A DNA stretch of 64,000 nt from Raillietiella orientalis (lineage: Eukaryota). The notes beneath the pieces were generated by a model that did no database searches, was not told the origin of the DNA, and saw only the letters and a program-made list of their open reading frames with translations. The DNA is taken from the NCBI GenBank assembly GCA_036172245.1, contig JAYWIR010000010.1, positions 558,001-622,000 of the forward strand. The letters are read 5' to 3'. Made by a program: the position numbers and the translations under genes. This document shows, piece by piece, positions 26,241 through 37,500 of the stretch (position 1 is its first letter; every line of letters starts with the position of its first letter).

Positions 26241-27060
26241 GGGCTCCCTGTCGATTTCCGGAAGTAAAACGTTCGATGCGGAAAGTGAGCGTTTGGCCCG
26301 GCGTGAAGCCGAAGCGGAAGCCCATTCGCGGGAAGAACTCGCGTGAATGGCGGCGCTTCGGTCTCCCGTGGTCACCTATCTTGCTTTATCTCTCTGGAAT
26401 CATGGAATATAGTCTTTCAACTACGAAAAGAAATTTGGTCTGCAGTTTTAGAATCAGATTTCTACGGAAACGAAGCCAAAGGATTATCTCTTTTTGCTCC
26501 CGAATACAGTACTTCAGCATCCGTTTCTCCCCTCCCTCCCTCCCTTCCTGGTTTTACCTCTTCTTCCTCTTCCTCTTCTTCTCAGTTATTTTTTATACTC
26601 AGTGATCGGTCATGAAACAACCATTTGCCCTTTTCCGGATCCCTTCTTCCTCGCACAACGTTCTCTTTTTTACACGACTGCGGGCGCCATCCGTGACGCC
26701 GTCTCGGACGCGAGAGCCACCCAATCCGCTTAGCCGACGAAAGGATCTTCCCAGTCCTTCCGACTTTCTCTGTCCTCACGGGAGTGTTGTTGTTGCTATG
26801 ATCTCAAGAGAAGGCGATGGACGCGGCAGCCAGTTCCCATGGAAACCTCGCTGTCGACCACAAATTTACAAGTAACAGTTCTTCATGATCCACATTACCT
26901 TTCCCTTCATTCAGCTTGTAAATCTGTACATATTGTATTGTATTGACTGTATTTAGATATCAGAATGGAAATTTTAATGCTAAAATAAATAGACTGTTGG
27001 CAAATATAATTCTTTTCAACATACGTGGAATCATTTCTCCCGAGTTTGTGTACATTTTTT
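26241..27060 (+). other. ZMIZ 3' UTR with polyadenylation signal AATAAA (26984-26989)
   Basis: AT-rich tract after the stop codon; AATAAA followed by T-rich sequence; abrupt return to GC-rich DNA near 27070. Confidence 0.65.
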
Positions 27061-29758
27061 TGAAGCTGGCGCCGGTGGGGTGTGGTGGTGGTGGAGCGGA
27101 CGCACCCTGGCGAGAGGTGTGCAGTTGGACCCGCGCTGGTGCACGCTGCAGCTGCGTGCGGTGGCCTCATCTTCACATCTCCCTCTTCACTTGTGCTCCT
27201 GCGCACCGTTTCCTCCTCCTCCCGGTGCGCTCCGTGCTGTTTTCACCCACTTCGCACGGAAGCGCATCGGGAGCGAATCGAGGGGCGCCCGTCGGTGTGC
27301 CGGGGGGTGGAGGGGGTACACCCATCCTCTTTTTATTGCTTGCACACCCCTCCCTGCCAATTTCCGATGTCTTCACGTGTCGCGTGGTTGGTCTCGCGTG
27401 CCACCACGTCCAGTGGTGGTGTACGGCGTCCGCGGGTCGAAAGTGGTGGTGCAGCTCCAAAAGCGCCTCTTATCCAAGTGGACGGCTCGTAAAAAAAAAA
27501 AAAAAAAAAAAAAGAAAAGAAAAAAAAAAAAGTAGCGCATTATGGGCTGTTGGTTCGTGGCGAACGGAAAGTGGTGCGGGCCCGGCCGTAAAGGCGCGGC
27601 AGGTGCTGCTGCTGCTTTTGTGCTCACGGGGGAGGAGAGAGGAGGGGGGAAGAAGAAGGAGAAGGGGAGAAGAAGAGAGATGCCTTTCCGAGGAGAAGCC
27701 CCGGTTCGGAGCGCCGTTGGCCTGCGGCCGACGAATGGTTTGCCGGGATCGTTTTCGGGATTCGCCTTCCGAGAAACGGATCCTGGAAGCTGCGCGGCGG
27801 ATGCCAACGGCCGCCCGGCCCAACAGGTGTCGTCTTGGCCCGGCTTGGGCGTCTGAGGAATGCGAGGCGTTCGCTGCATCCGAATGGGGGATGGAAATCG
27901 ATAGATTCGCTGGCATCAGTAAATGTGGGTAACGTGCTCGCAGTCGCGCGGAGTTTCTTCCCTTCTGTCTCTCTCCCTCTCTCTCCCTCTCCCCCCCCCC
28001 CCTTTTTTTTTTCTTCTTCTTCCTTCGTCGTTCCCCCCTCCTCCCTCCACTCGAAATTTTGGATCCGCGAACGGCATAACGGCGTTTTCTTTTCTTTTTT
28101 TTTTTTTTTTTTCTTCTCTTTGGCTTCATCGTTTGCTGTGATACGCAAAGGAATCATTTCTTTTCGGGCCCCATTCTGCCGTTGGGTAAAAGGGGTTTCC
28201 GATCCTTCTGCCTGCCCGCCGCTCGGATGCGGCGCAGCCTCGAGAGAACCCGAGAGTCACACGGCTTCCGTTTCCTGTGAGCGCAACCTTCGGGAGGTGG
28301 TCAGCTTTCGGTGCGGCACGTGTGGTGCTCGGGGGAAAAAAAAAAAAAGAAAAATCCAAAGCGTGGGTAGGAATATTCCTCCGGCGAAACGCGTGGACCA
28401 CGGGGATGAAACATCCCGGCAGCACCAAATGCTTCCCCTGCTGTCCTCGCGGGTTCGCGCGCGGTTTGACATTTCCGATTGGCGTGTGTGTGACGCGCTC
28501 ACTGATCGAATTTGTTTGCTTTGAGAATCGTCGCGCATCCTTCCAGGTAATGAGCACGAGCTCCATCCACACTGTACAGTTCGCCACACTGTACGTATAC
28601 TTCTCCTTTTTATAAAAAAAAAAAAAAACGAGCCTTCGAGACCGACCCGTAAAAGCACTGCGATAAGTGTGTGTGTGCTCATGGGTTTTTTTTTTTTTGT
28701 TTTTGCTTCGAATCCGTACGCAGGAAACGTACGACACGTTATGCCCGAGCAGTTTGCCTTTGTACAAGGAGACGGGGGTTTGTACGACAAGTGCACAAGG
28801 ATCCCGTTTGCGCCCCCCCCCCCCCCCCCCCCCCGGTTCGACGGCGGCACTCCTCTGTCCCCGCGTGCGAAAGGCGAAATCCGGGAGCTGGTCGAGCAGT
28901 TCCTCCTCCTCCGGGGTAAAGTCGGTCCAGCGAGAGGGTACGGAGGAGGGAGGATGTCTGTGAAATCACGCCCAGCACCACCGTTCGCGCGTGCCGTTCC
29001 TCTCACCGCCGTGTGTTTTCCTCCTCTCTCTCCCTCTTTACGGTCAGTAGGAAAGACACGCCGGGAGAGGCGAGCGGTTGTTTCCCTCTGGACCGCGAGA
29101 GTCGAATCGGAAACGTCAGACTTCCATTAAAAATGACTGAGGTCGAAGACGGTGGCACGGTGAGGCACGTCGGATGTTCCGCAGGCTCCAGTTTCTCCGC
29201 AACCTGCAGTAATTCACACAAACTATGCAATCTGTCATCCTTTCTCTATGGTCCGCGCCAGCTAATATGTTAATTGGTGGGATGCCATGGAAACGAAGAA
29301 GTTGTGGCGCTCCGCGAAGTTCCGAGTCAGCAGTCTCGGAATTTTCGAGTGCGGTCGGCCACAATAAAAACGAAGGGCCGTTCCGAATGGCAATCGGGGA
29401 ATTCATAAAGGTGACATCCGCGCAACGTGGAGGAGACGTGGATCCGTGGCAGGCGGGGGGGGGGAGGGAAGCGTTTCGGTGTACCTTCTCGTTTCCGGCA
29501 CGTTGTCGAAACGAAGTCGGAAAGTCCAGCGAAGGATTCCTTGAAACGGCTGAGAGGCAAACCCTGGGAGGCTCCAAGATGCGTGCCAGCAGCTCTCAGG
29601 ATGACGGGGGAGGGTGTTCGGCACCCGGGGATACGCGGAGCAAGAAGGCACGGGTCTCTCCCGCCTGGCGCTGGAGTTCATCTCTCACGATTTGCCGAGG
29701 GAGCCGCCCGCGTCTGTGGTGCTCTCTGACCGTGATGCTTGGTGGTCGGTTCGTCAAC

Positions 29759-29799
<41 letters not shown>

Positions 29800-29820
29800 G
29801 GAGAGGGAGGGAGGGAGGGG
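29759..29820. repeat. (TA)n followed by GA/GGGA repeat
   Basis: Directly visible. Confidence 0.9.
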
Positions 29821-31279
29821 GAGAAGGATGCTAAAAATCTCGGAGTAACCGAGGCAACGACGGACTGAAACGTCGAGGGTGTTGAGACGCTCGCGCGGAC
29901 GCCCAGGCTGGTCTGTCCACACACTCCGCTGTGTAATTGGGTCGGTTGGGTTGTCTTTCCCGTGACGGATTCGGACGGCAGGGAATTCTCCAGAGTGGAG
30001 GGAGAAAATCGAGGGAGGCAGCAAGCAAAATTCAAAATCCGAGGAGCGCGCGTAGCCTTTCGCAGCACTCGGGCCGAGTCCGAGGAGACGGCGAGAGAAG
30101 GAAAGCTGGCGGCGGGGCAAAATGCGGATTCCATTTCGAAACGCAAGCAAAGACGCGAAGAAGCCCTTCCCGGCCATTTAATGATTCGCAAGGCTTCTTG
30201 TCGACGGACGCGATCCGAATAAAACGGGTGAAAGCCGAGCGACGAAGGAATGTTGCGCAAGAGCCTGCCGCGCACCGTCCGCTAATGGGCCGTCTTCACA
30301 CATAGGTGCTTGCCCCCCCCCCCCCCATTTCCCTACTGTGCCTCCTGCTTTATTAAACGACGTATTCATCACCGGTGTCGCCTTTCCTCCTTCTCCCTCT
30401 TTATCGATTTCCACCGAGCGGAGGAAGCGGGCATCCAACGTGTACCACTTGATGATCGGGAGGACCCGGCAAAAGGCGAGAAGAGTGGACCGGAGAAGAC
30501 GGGACGCGGTGAAGTGAGAACGGATGACAAGACGTCACGTTGCGGCGTTTGTTTTTCAAAGAATGGGTGAGGAAGGGTTCGCTGGAAAGATTTTCGCAAA
30601 TGGAGACTGCCGAGCAGATTCCCGTCCCGGGATGAGAGAGGCGACCCAAACAGAGCGGTCGCAAAAGAGGTTGAGGGGGAGTCACCCCGTACTGAATGCA
30701 TTGGGAAGTCACCCCCTTTTCGGTTCTCACTTCGTACAGCGGGCAGCACCGTGCTGGCTGGCAGTTGTGTCTCGCGGTCGCAGGTCAACCTGCCGACGGG
30801 AATTCTAAAGTTCCGTTTGAACGGTGTCGGGTGAGAGTCTGGAGTGGCTCTCCAAAGACGCCTTCCCGCTTTGGGAGAGCCTCGAATCACGGCGCGTGTC
30901 AGGGCATCACGTGGGCGATCTTTGCCTGGGACGTTTTCGGAATAATCGTGATCAGAAGTTGTGAAATGCCTTTTACTTTTTTTGTAAAAAGAAAGAAAGA
31001 AGAAGCACGGGGGCAGCAGAATTTCCGTGCAAATCCTCCTCTTCCGAGTGGTCTGATTTCTGATCTCGGTTAGCAAATGGACGGCAAAGAAAGTATGAGA
31101 AATGGTGGTGGCGCAAGTTTTTTTTTTTTTTTGCCCGCCATCTTGTTCTCGTCTTTTTTTGCTTTTTTGCTTTTCAAACGGACGGAAGAATGGCAGGAGC
31201 TTGCGGAAGTGTAGAGCAAGCCACCGCACACACACGCAAGACGTATCTCCAGGAACGCGAACAAGGATGGAAAAAGGGA

Positions 31280-31515
31280 GCGAGCCACCTGTCCGCCGTA
31301 GATGTTTCGCCCCGGAAGTGGTCCAATGGATTCGAACGCAAGGAGGGAACGAAGGGGGAACACGCCGGCCGCAGAGACAGAAGTTTCCTTCGGAGCTCCA
31401 TCGGTGGATTCTCATCATCATCAAACCAAGGCTGCGTTCCTCCTGGTTCGGGAAGCGGCTGCTGGCGTACCAGGGGATTCGAGGAGCACGCGGAAGACTT
31501 TTGGTCTCGAAAGCG
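31280..31515 (+). pseudogene. Possible decayed MBT-repeat fragment
   Basis: Frameshifted pieces PV..CF, SNGF..EGTKGE, WILIIIK, GKRLLAYQG/FEEHAEDFW resemble the MBT repeat consensus (GMKxE...W...G..LL.YEGF....DFW). Confidence 0.3.
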
Positions 31516-33139
31516 GTCCAGTCACCTCTCGCGGACGAAATTCGAAATGACGAAGCCGTCAGGACGGCACTTTGGGGAAAAAAGAGCAAACGCGACGACC
31601 GGCTGGATGGAGCAGACTCACGGAGGGGGAAGCTGGATTCTGCTCTCCTCCCTCGCTGGAGCGCAGAATCTGCACCTCCGAAGAACGGCATTTCACTGCC
31701 CCGAGGGCCGCCCCTCCCTTCCCTTCCCCGTCACCCTACGAAAGAGCGAAACTCCCCGCCAGTAGGACGCCGACCACTCGAGCCGTCCGCCAAACTCCTC
31801 CGTCCCGGTCTTCTTGACCCGAACCCCCCACAGAACGGAACGGGTATTGGGTTGATACGCACTGCTGGTCCACCGACCAGAAAGACCACAGAAGCAGCCG
31901 AGCAGTAGCTGCAACCACTGTGCGTCTCTGCCGCTCGTCTGGCACTCAACGGAAGAGGAACACTTCCCTCCGTACCGCGGGTACCCCCAATGGAGGGAGC
32001 TGGATTCTTCCAGGGGAAAAAAAAGTGCATCAGGGTATTCGCGAGTTCCTGCTCCTCCTGGGAGGCTTCCCCGTAGTGATCCCGGGACGGCGCGAGTAGC
32101 TTCGGCAGGCCACGCGCGTGCGCTGATGTGCCATGCCCTCAGCACTCTTTGCAAGGATCCGTGAAAAGACGGCGAAGTCATGGGATTCGAAACGGCCTGC
32201 CCGCCGTGTGCCATTTGACTCGACGAAGTCACTTCCCGTTTCCACGAGGGAACGGTGGATGGTTCCTTCCATGTCGAGGCACGGAAGTCTTTATGTGTGG
32301 GTGCCACTGGCTCAGGATGGGCTCTTGAAAGATTCCATGGAGATGGGCCATCTTGCTCGAGGAAGCACGCATGGCCAGCGCTCAAGAAAAAGAAACAAGG
32401 AAGCGGCAGTCCACCGTGTCGGCGTGGGCGCTCAGCTTAAGTGCGGCGCGACGGGGAGGGAGGCAACCTGAGTGTTGGCGCAGACGGTGCCGAGAAGTGC
32501 GATTCCCGTGGATGGCGTCCCGGGATGTCAACCCGGGCAGCGTCTCCGCGTGCGCGCGTTCGGCGATGCGCAGTTTTCGAAGTCCTGCTCGCTGGAGGAA
32601 AAACCGCCTCCAGCAAGACGTCAGCTGAAGGGACTCCCCGATTCTTTCGGCCACCGCGGCCTGCGCGGATTGGGTTGTCTATCGACCGGTGTCACCGCCG
32701 TTCCCTCTTCAGGTCAAGGCGGAACGCAGTACTTCGTGCGTGCACACGTGGGGATAGGTGGACGTGGACGGACCCGCGGTCGCGGGAGGTGGAAGGCACC
32801 GACACCTTGCCAGTGTCGGTTCACGCATGGGTTAATCGGAGTTTCTGAGCCGGCCGCCGCCGCACTTGCGACCCTCGATGTCCCCGTCGCTTCCATCCTC
32901 GCGGCGGCATCTTCCCCTCGTGAGACCTCGAGACTCCGAGCGGATTTCGTTGGCGCTCCCAAGAGAAAGACGGAAGACAGAAACCTCTCGCAAGAGTCGT
33001 GTTGAGGAGCTGCGTGGGGTGGTCTCCGCTTTCCTACTGCAGCGGAAAAGTTCCGAAGCAGAAGGGAATCCGCCCGAGGAGCACGTCACCCTTTCCGTGA
33101 GTCCCTCTTTCGCTACCATTCCAGAGCTTCCTTCCTGCG

Positions 33140-33690
33140 GCTCCACTCATCCACCCGCGGCACTGCGCATCGTGAGTTCGAAACCCGCCGGGGGAAGGCG
33201 TCGAAGACGAGAAATGCGTGGGTCGTGGGTTTCGAGTCCCCCACCGCAGGATGGAGAGGAGTGGCAGATTCGGCGGGTGCGGCGTCGCTGGGAGAAGCCG
33301 GAAAACCACCCGGATGCCCCCGTTGACTAGACGCCGGGATTGGGAGTTGACCCTCCGGGGTCCTTCCAGGAACCAAAAAGAGTCCTTCTGGGTTCCCCTC
33401 CGGTCGTGAAAAGGGAGCCGTCGAGTTCCTGTGGAGCTGTTTGATCCGCCCCTTTGAGGGTCGCCTCTCCTGAGGGCAAGAGTCTCACTGCTCCATTCAG
33501 GGAGCGTCCGTCAGAGAAATCGAGAAGCGTCCCTTTGGGGTTCTCTCCAGAGGAGCACCAACAAGGAGCGGTTCCCTTTCCGGTTCCCTCCGGAGAAGGA
33601 TCGAAAAGTAGCCCCATGCAGGGAATCCCTCTGGAGAGAAGGAAGAAGAGGTTCTCTTCGGGGACAACTGAGGTGGGGAGCCTTCTTGCG
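33140..33690 (+). mobile_element. tRNA-headed repeat, copy A (SINE-like or LINE 5' end)
   Basis: B-box-like GTTCGAAACCC at 33176; collinear similarity with 46810-47520(-) and 54625-55200(+), e.g. gggagttgaccctccggggtccttccaggaa and gcggttccctttccggttccctccggagaag. Confidence 0.7.
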
Positions 33691-33822
33691 AGATCGCAGG
33701 CAGGAGGAAGAGAATGGGTGACTGCACTACGGAGCAGCTGGCGAATGCTGTGACCCCGAGTGACCTTCCACGAGGACTACAGCGCTGGAGCGGGCTCCCC
33801 GGTATTCCTAGCGAAGACCTGG

Positions 33823-33952
33823 AGTCCTCATTCTTCATCCTGAGGACATCCAGAACTCAAAACAACCCAACAGCCAAAGTACCCACAAACAAAGTGCATC
33901 AGCCCTTATTCCCTTACCATTGCCAAAGTCCTCATTCTTCATCCTGAGGACA
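33823..33952. repeat. Two identical 26-bp direct repeats (33823-33848, 33927-33952), each a hairpin, flanking a 78-bp C/A-rich spacer
   Basis: agtcctcattcttcatcctgaggaca occurs twice; each has an internal inverted repeat gtcctca/tgaggac. Confidence 0.9.
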
Positions 33953-34189
33953 GTTTTTATGTCTTTGTGATTTTTAATTGGTATTGTTAATTTTGTGGAT
34001 GATAGGTTAGTTGTTAGAATATTGGATGAAAAAATGGGGTTGGAAGGTTTAGTATTGGTGGGGTTTTTTTTTGTAAAATTGCCAGTTTATGGGGTTCATT
34101 TGTGACTTCCAAAGGCTCATGTGGAGTCTATTTCTTATGGTTCTATAATTCTCGCTGGAGTTATGTTGAAATTGGGGGGCTATGGAATA
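33953..34189 (+). pseudogene. nad4: NUMT: fragment of mitochondrial NADH dehydrogenase subunit 4
   Basis: T/G-rich island. In the invertebrate mitochondrial code it reads open: [79 protein letters not shown]. TGA at 34103 is the Trp of the ND4 signature [10 protein letters not shown]. Confidence 0.95.
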
Positions 34190-34879
34190 ACCCCCAGTAC
34201 TCAGGAACGGCAGCTCCCTTTCCCTGGAGTGACAGGGATCGGCACTTCTGCCGTTGCACTGGGAACTCCCGTGCAACTCCTGCCAACACCGCTGGACTCT
34301 GGGGAAAACGAGCTCGGGTTGCCGCCGGTGCGGGAAGGAACGGGAATCCATCCCGCACCCGCTTGTGGACTGCGTTGTCCTCCAGCTCCTAAGGAGGGGA
34401 ACTTTTGAGGGCGGCCCTATGGATTCCGCTTGACATTCTCAGGAACGTTTTATGGCTCTCCTTTGCGCGGGACGCGCTCTGCAGTCAGCCGCAGTCTCGG
34501 CAGTGCTCCGCTGCATCCGCGGGATCGCGGCTGCCCGGAGCGACGCTGGAATAGGACCACAAGAAAGGGACACCATCGAGCATGCACTCCGCTTTCTGCG
34601 GGTAGCAGCCAGATGGCCCCACCTGGATGCAGTCAAGACCGACCTTGCCGCCATAATGGAAAGGATGCAGAGGACGCCCTCCAGCGGACAGTGGTCCCTT
34701 CCTGGCCCTCTGGTTTTATTTTTTGGGGGGTTTCTCCCTCTTGTCCACTGCCGAGGTGAACTTCGCCGGTCTGCGTGCCGGCAATCCTGCGGGTCCGTGG
34801 ACTGACTGAGAGTGGTCGGGCCACGTGTCCTGCCACACTTTGTAGGTTCACATGAATCTTAAGAAGCACCCCTGCATGT

Positions 34880-35000
34880 CCGGGTGGAAATGGGAGAAGA
34901 AACGAGGAGTGTCTGCCCCCCCGGGGAGAATCAGGGGCCTACGTGGTTCCCCTCCGAAGAGTAAGGCAGGAACGGACTCCTTCCTCCTTCCTTCCCGGGC
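34880..35000 (+). mobile_element. Partial copy of the distal part of the tRNA-headed repeat
   Basis: aggaacggactccttcc is shared with ~55170 and, reverse-complemented, with ~46820. Confidence 0.5.
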
Positions 35001-35899
35001 CTCCGCTGTGGCTCACCCATCTGTTCACGTGGAGGACCCCTCTGCTCTGCCGTGCTCGAGGAGTTCCGGCGCGCGGCCGCCATCGCTCTTGGGCAAGCGT
35101 GGCGGCCCAAGCGACCGTTGGCACCGGTAGGGTTGACCTTCTCCCAGCCCCGTCATTGCTCCCCAGCAGGTTCTTCGTATTCTGGAACTTCTGCTTCATT
35201 CACGGAGCTATCCGGGAGACGCCCTCACCGCTCACCTGCACGCGCGACCGCAGTTAGGGCGTCCTGTGCCCGTTCATGGAGGACCCCGTGAGCGCATCAC
35301 GGCGAGCGTTTTTTTTTTTTTTTCGTTTCCCGCTTCCCGAACACCCCAAGTGCTGTTTCGCGTCCAAAGTCAAAGGGAGGAGTGAATTCTCCTCCCTCTC
35401 CCCTCACCCAGTCAACAGGAGGAGATGAAAGAAAGCGATGGCCCTCGCGCTGCTGCTTTCAGATGCCCACGAGGAGGACTTTCCTAACCGGAGGGTGGGC
35501 GCAGAAGCGTCCATGAGCGGTCGTCATGCGACCCCAGCTCAGCTGCCTAGCAGTTTCCCTCTCGGCGTGGCTTGGTTCGAGTCGACGTGCGGCTCCCATC
35601 TCGTTCCTAAGGTGTAGCATCTTTTGGAAAGTTCCTCTGCTTCGTTTCCGCTCTCGTGCACCTTCCCGGAACTCCCCATTCTCCTTCTTTGACGCCCGTG
35701 CCTTTTTCTGCCCCCTTTTTCCAGGAGCTTCTATACGCCTCGGTGACGGAGAACTGCAATCGTGGCTGAGCCCCCAGCGGACGCGTCAGAAAGCTGCATC
35801 TTCTTCCGTGTTGCTCCGCACCCCTTGGTTTGCTCTTCCATTCACCCCCGCGTCCGATTCCCGGCGCGCTCTCGCTGCTTCCGCCCTCTGCTCCCTTCC

Positions 35900-36510
35900 T
35901 CCGCTGAGGCCTCCAGTGAGACTGGCGTAGGAGCCTGGTTCCTGGGGGCGTTACGTCCCAAGCAGTTTCTGGTACGGAGGGGAGATGGAATCGTTGCTGT
36001 AGTTGCTGCTGGACTACTGGAGTGCCCTCCAGGAGGTTTGGCGGGTGCCGGCCCTGCGACACGCTGGGGATGCTGCCAAGGGCCCGCTGCAGAGGTCCTT
36101 CTCCAGGGGTGGAGTGGCAGCAGGCGGCACGATTACTACAGCACGTTACATCCGCGCCATCGGCGCAGCATCCCGCCATTTCTCAGGAGTTCCGGGTTCA
36201 GCGGAGGGAGGCAATGCCGCCTACATAAGAACGGCCGCCAGGTAGCCTTTCCTGGAAGAAGAAGGCAGGAAGGAGATCGTCTGCATGCAGCGACGTTTCT
36301 AGAAAGAAGAAACGGCCATCACCAATGACCGTTGTCCTCGCATCCCCTTTATTTCTTTATCTCTTTAATTCATCCCCTCCGCACTCGTTCCGGACTTTTC
36401 CTTCTTATTCAAGAAGGAACGGGACACAAAAAGGAACCTTGCCCCCACCGTCCGCTTTCTTTCGTCCTTGTCACCTTCCACCCGGTCCGGACTTTTCGAT
36501 GTCCCGACCC
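35900..36510 (+). mobile_element. Degenerate LINE 3' fragment (same family)
   Basis: Encodes ESLL*LLLDYWSALQEVWR and AYIRTAAR*PFLEE; ggaaggagatcgtctgcat is shared with 38547; pyrimidine-rich 3' UTR; ggacttttcgatrtccc is shared with ~47720(-). Confidence 0.65.
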
Positions 36511-36619
36511 TCATGTCAGTGGATCCCCTCAGATGAACTTCTTTGCCTTCTGTTCCGGGAGCTTCCTTCCTCCTGACTCGTCCGCTCATTTTTGGGGGGG
36601 AAATAGACGACCTGGCCTC

Positions 36620-37500
36620 CCCGAGTGGAAATCTTGGGCTCCCTTCCCGCCTCTGGATCCTCTTCTTTGCTGGGTTCGTTTGCCCTCGCCTTCAGGAACC
36701 ACGCGGACCCGCCCTCTTCCCCTTTACTCCAACTGGCTGCAGGCTGCCTGGAACCGCAGGCGCATTTTGAGCCCGCCAGACCAACTGCCCGCAGCCTCCT
36801 CGTCCAGCAAGCCACCGGCAGCGTGGGACTGGCATCCTTCCGCCGCCGACGCGACATGGTCCCACTGCGGACTGCAGCTCCGGCGGGTGGCTGCACTGAT
36901 CAGGACGAACGACACCTGGATCTCCCGCATTCCTGCGAACGGCAGTGCTTGGCTGCAGGGAACCGTCCGCACGTGGTCGAAGAACAGCAAGCGACTCCTG
37001 GAACAGGCACAGCGAAGGCTGTACTGTTTCTATAACAACTGCACTCTCCAGGAAATGACCGAACATCCCACGAAGAGTGCGTGGAAAGGTAGAACCTCCC
37101 TCGACTCAGCGCTGCCCTGCCTGAGGGAATGGGCATGGCCAGCAGCCTTCCGGCTAGACAGGAGGTCTCCGTGGATATCTCCGGCATCAGAAGAAGACTG
37201 GGCGAGTGGACGACGGGCCAGCTTACGGAGGCTGCACCCCGAGGACCCCACCTCGAGGACTTTTGCACTAAGGCACTGCTGGAGATTCCTCTAGAAGATC
37301 TACAGGGACCACAGTGCTCTTGGACACCCGCATCCTCCCCTTAAACTGGGAGGAGTCGGCATTGAGGTCTCCCGTGCAACGCCCGCCGGCATCCTTGGAC
37401 TCATACCCGACCGGTGATCCAGGATGTCTTTCCTGCGAATGTTGCGGCCACTCTGGATGCCAGCTCACGCCGCCTCCCGATCCCGGTCTTCTGGAAGTCC
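36620..37500 (+). mobile_element. Degenerate LINE ORF2 internal/C-terminal fragment (same family)
   Basis: Homologous to both NUMT flanks; GSVGL (GGLGL-like) motif and DPGCLSC Cys remnant; frameshifted. Confidence 0.55.

Larger units (their letters stand above)
33690..34760 (+). mobile_element. Degenerate L1/Tx1-like LINE ORF2 3' fragment interrupted by the nad4 NUMT
   Basis: RKRMGDCTTEQLANA...IPSEDLE matches RRRLGEWTTGQLTEA...IPLEDLQ at ~37190-37310. The right flank ctcccgtgcaac...ggactc matches ~37369-37402. It ends with FLRVAARWPHLDAVK, shared by the other copies. Confidence 0.7.

Noticed and set aside
28050..28070. Sm-site-like AATTTTGG suggesting a spliced-leader RNA gene
   Set aside because: No recognisable leader, donor site or stem-loops at the right spacing.
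30810..30890. RhoGAP-like start GVFGEPLQTL on the minus strand
   Set aside because: A single short motif flanked by stop codons, with no downstream GAP motifs.
33823..33952. CRISPR array (palindromic repeat-spacer-repeat)
   Set aside because: Only two repeats, a 78-bp spacer, eukaryotic context and no cas genes; better explained as a repair junction.
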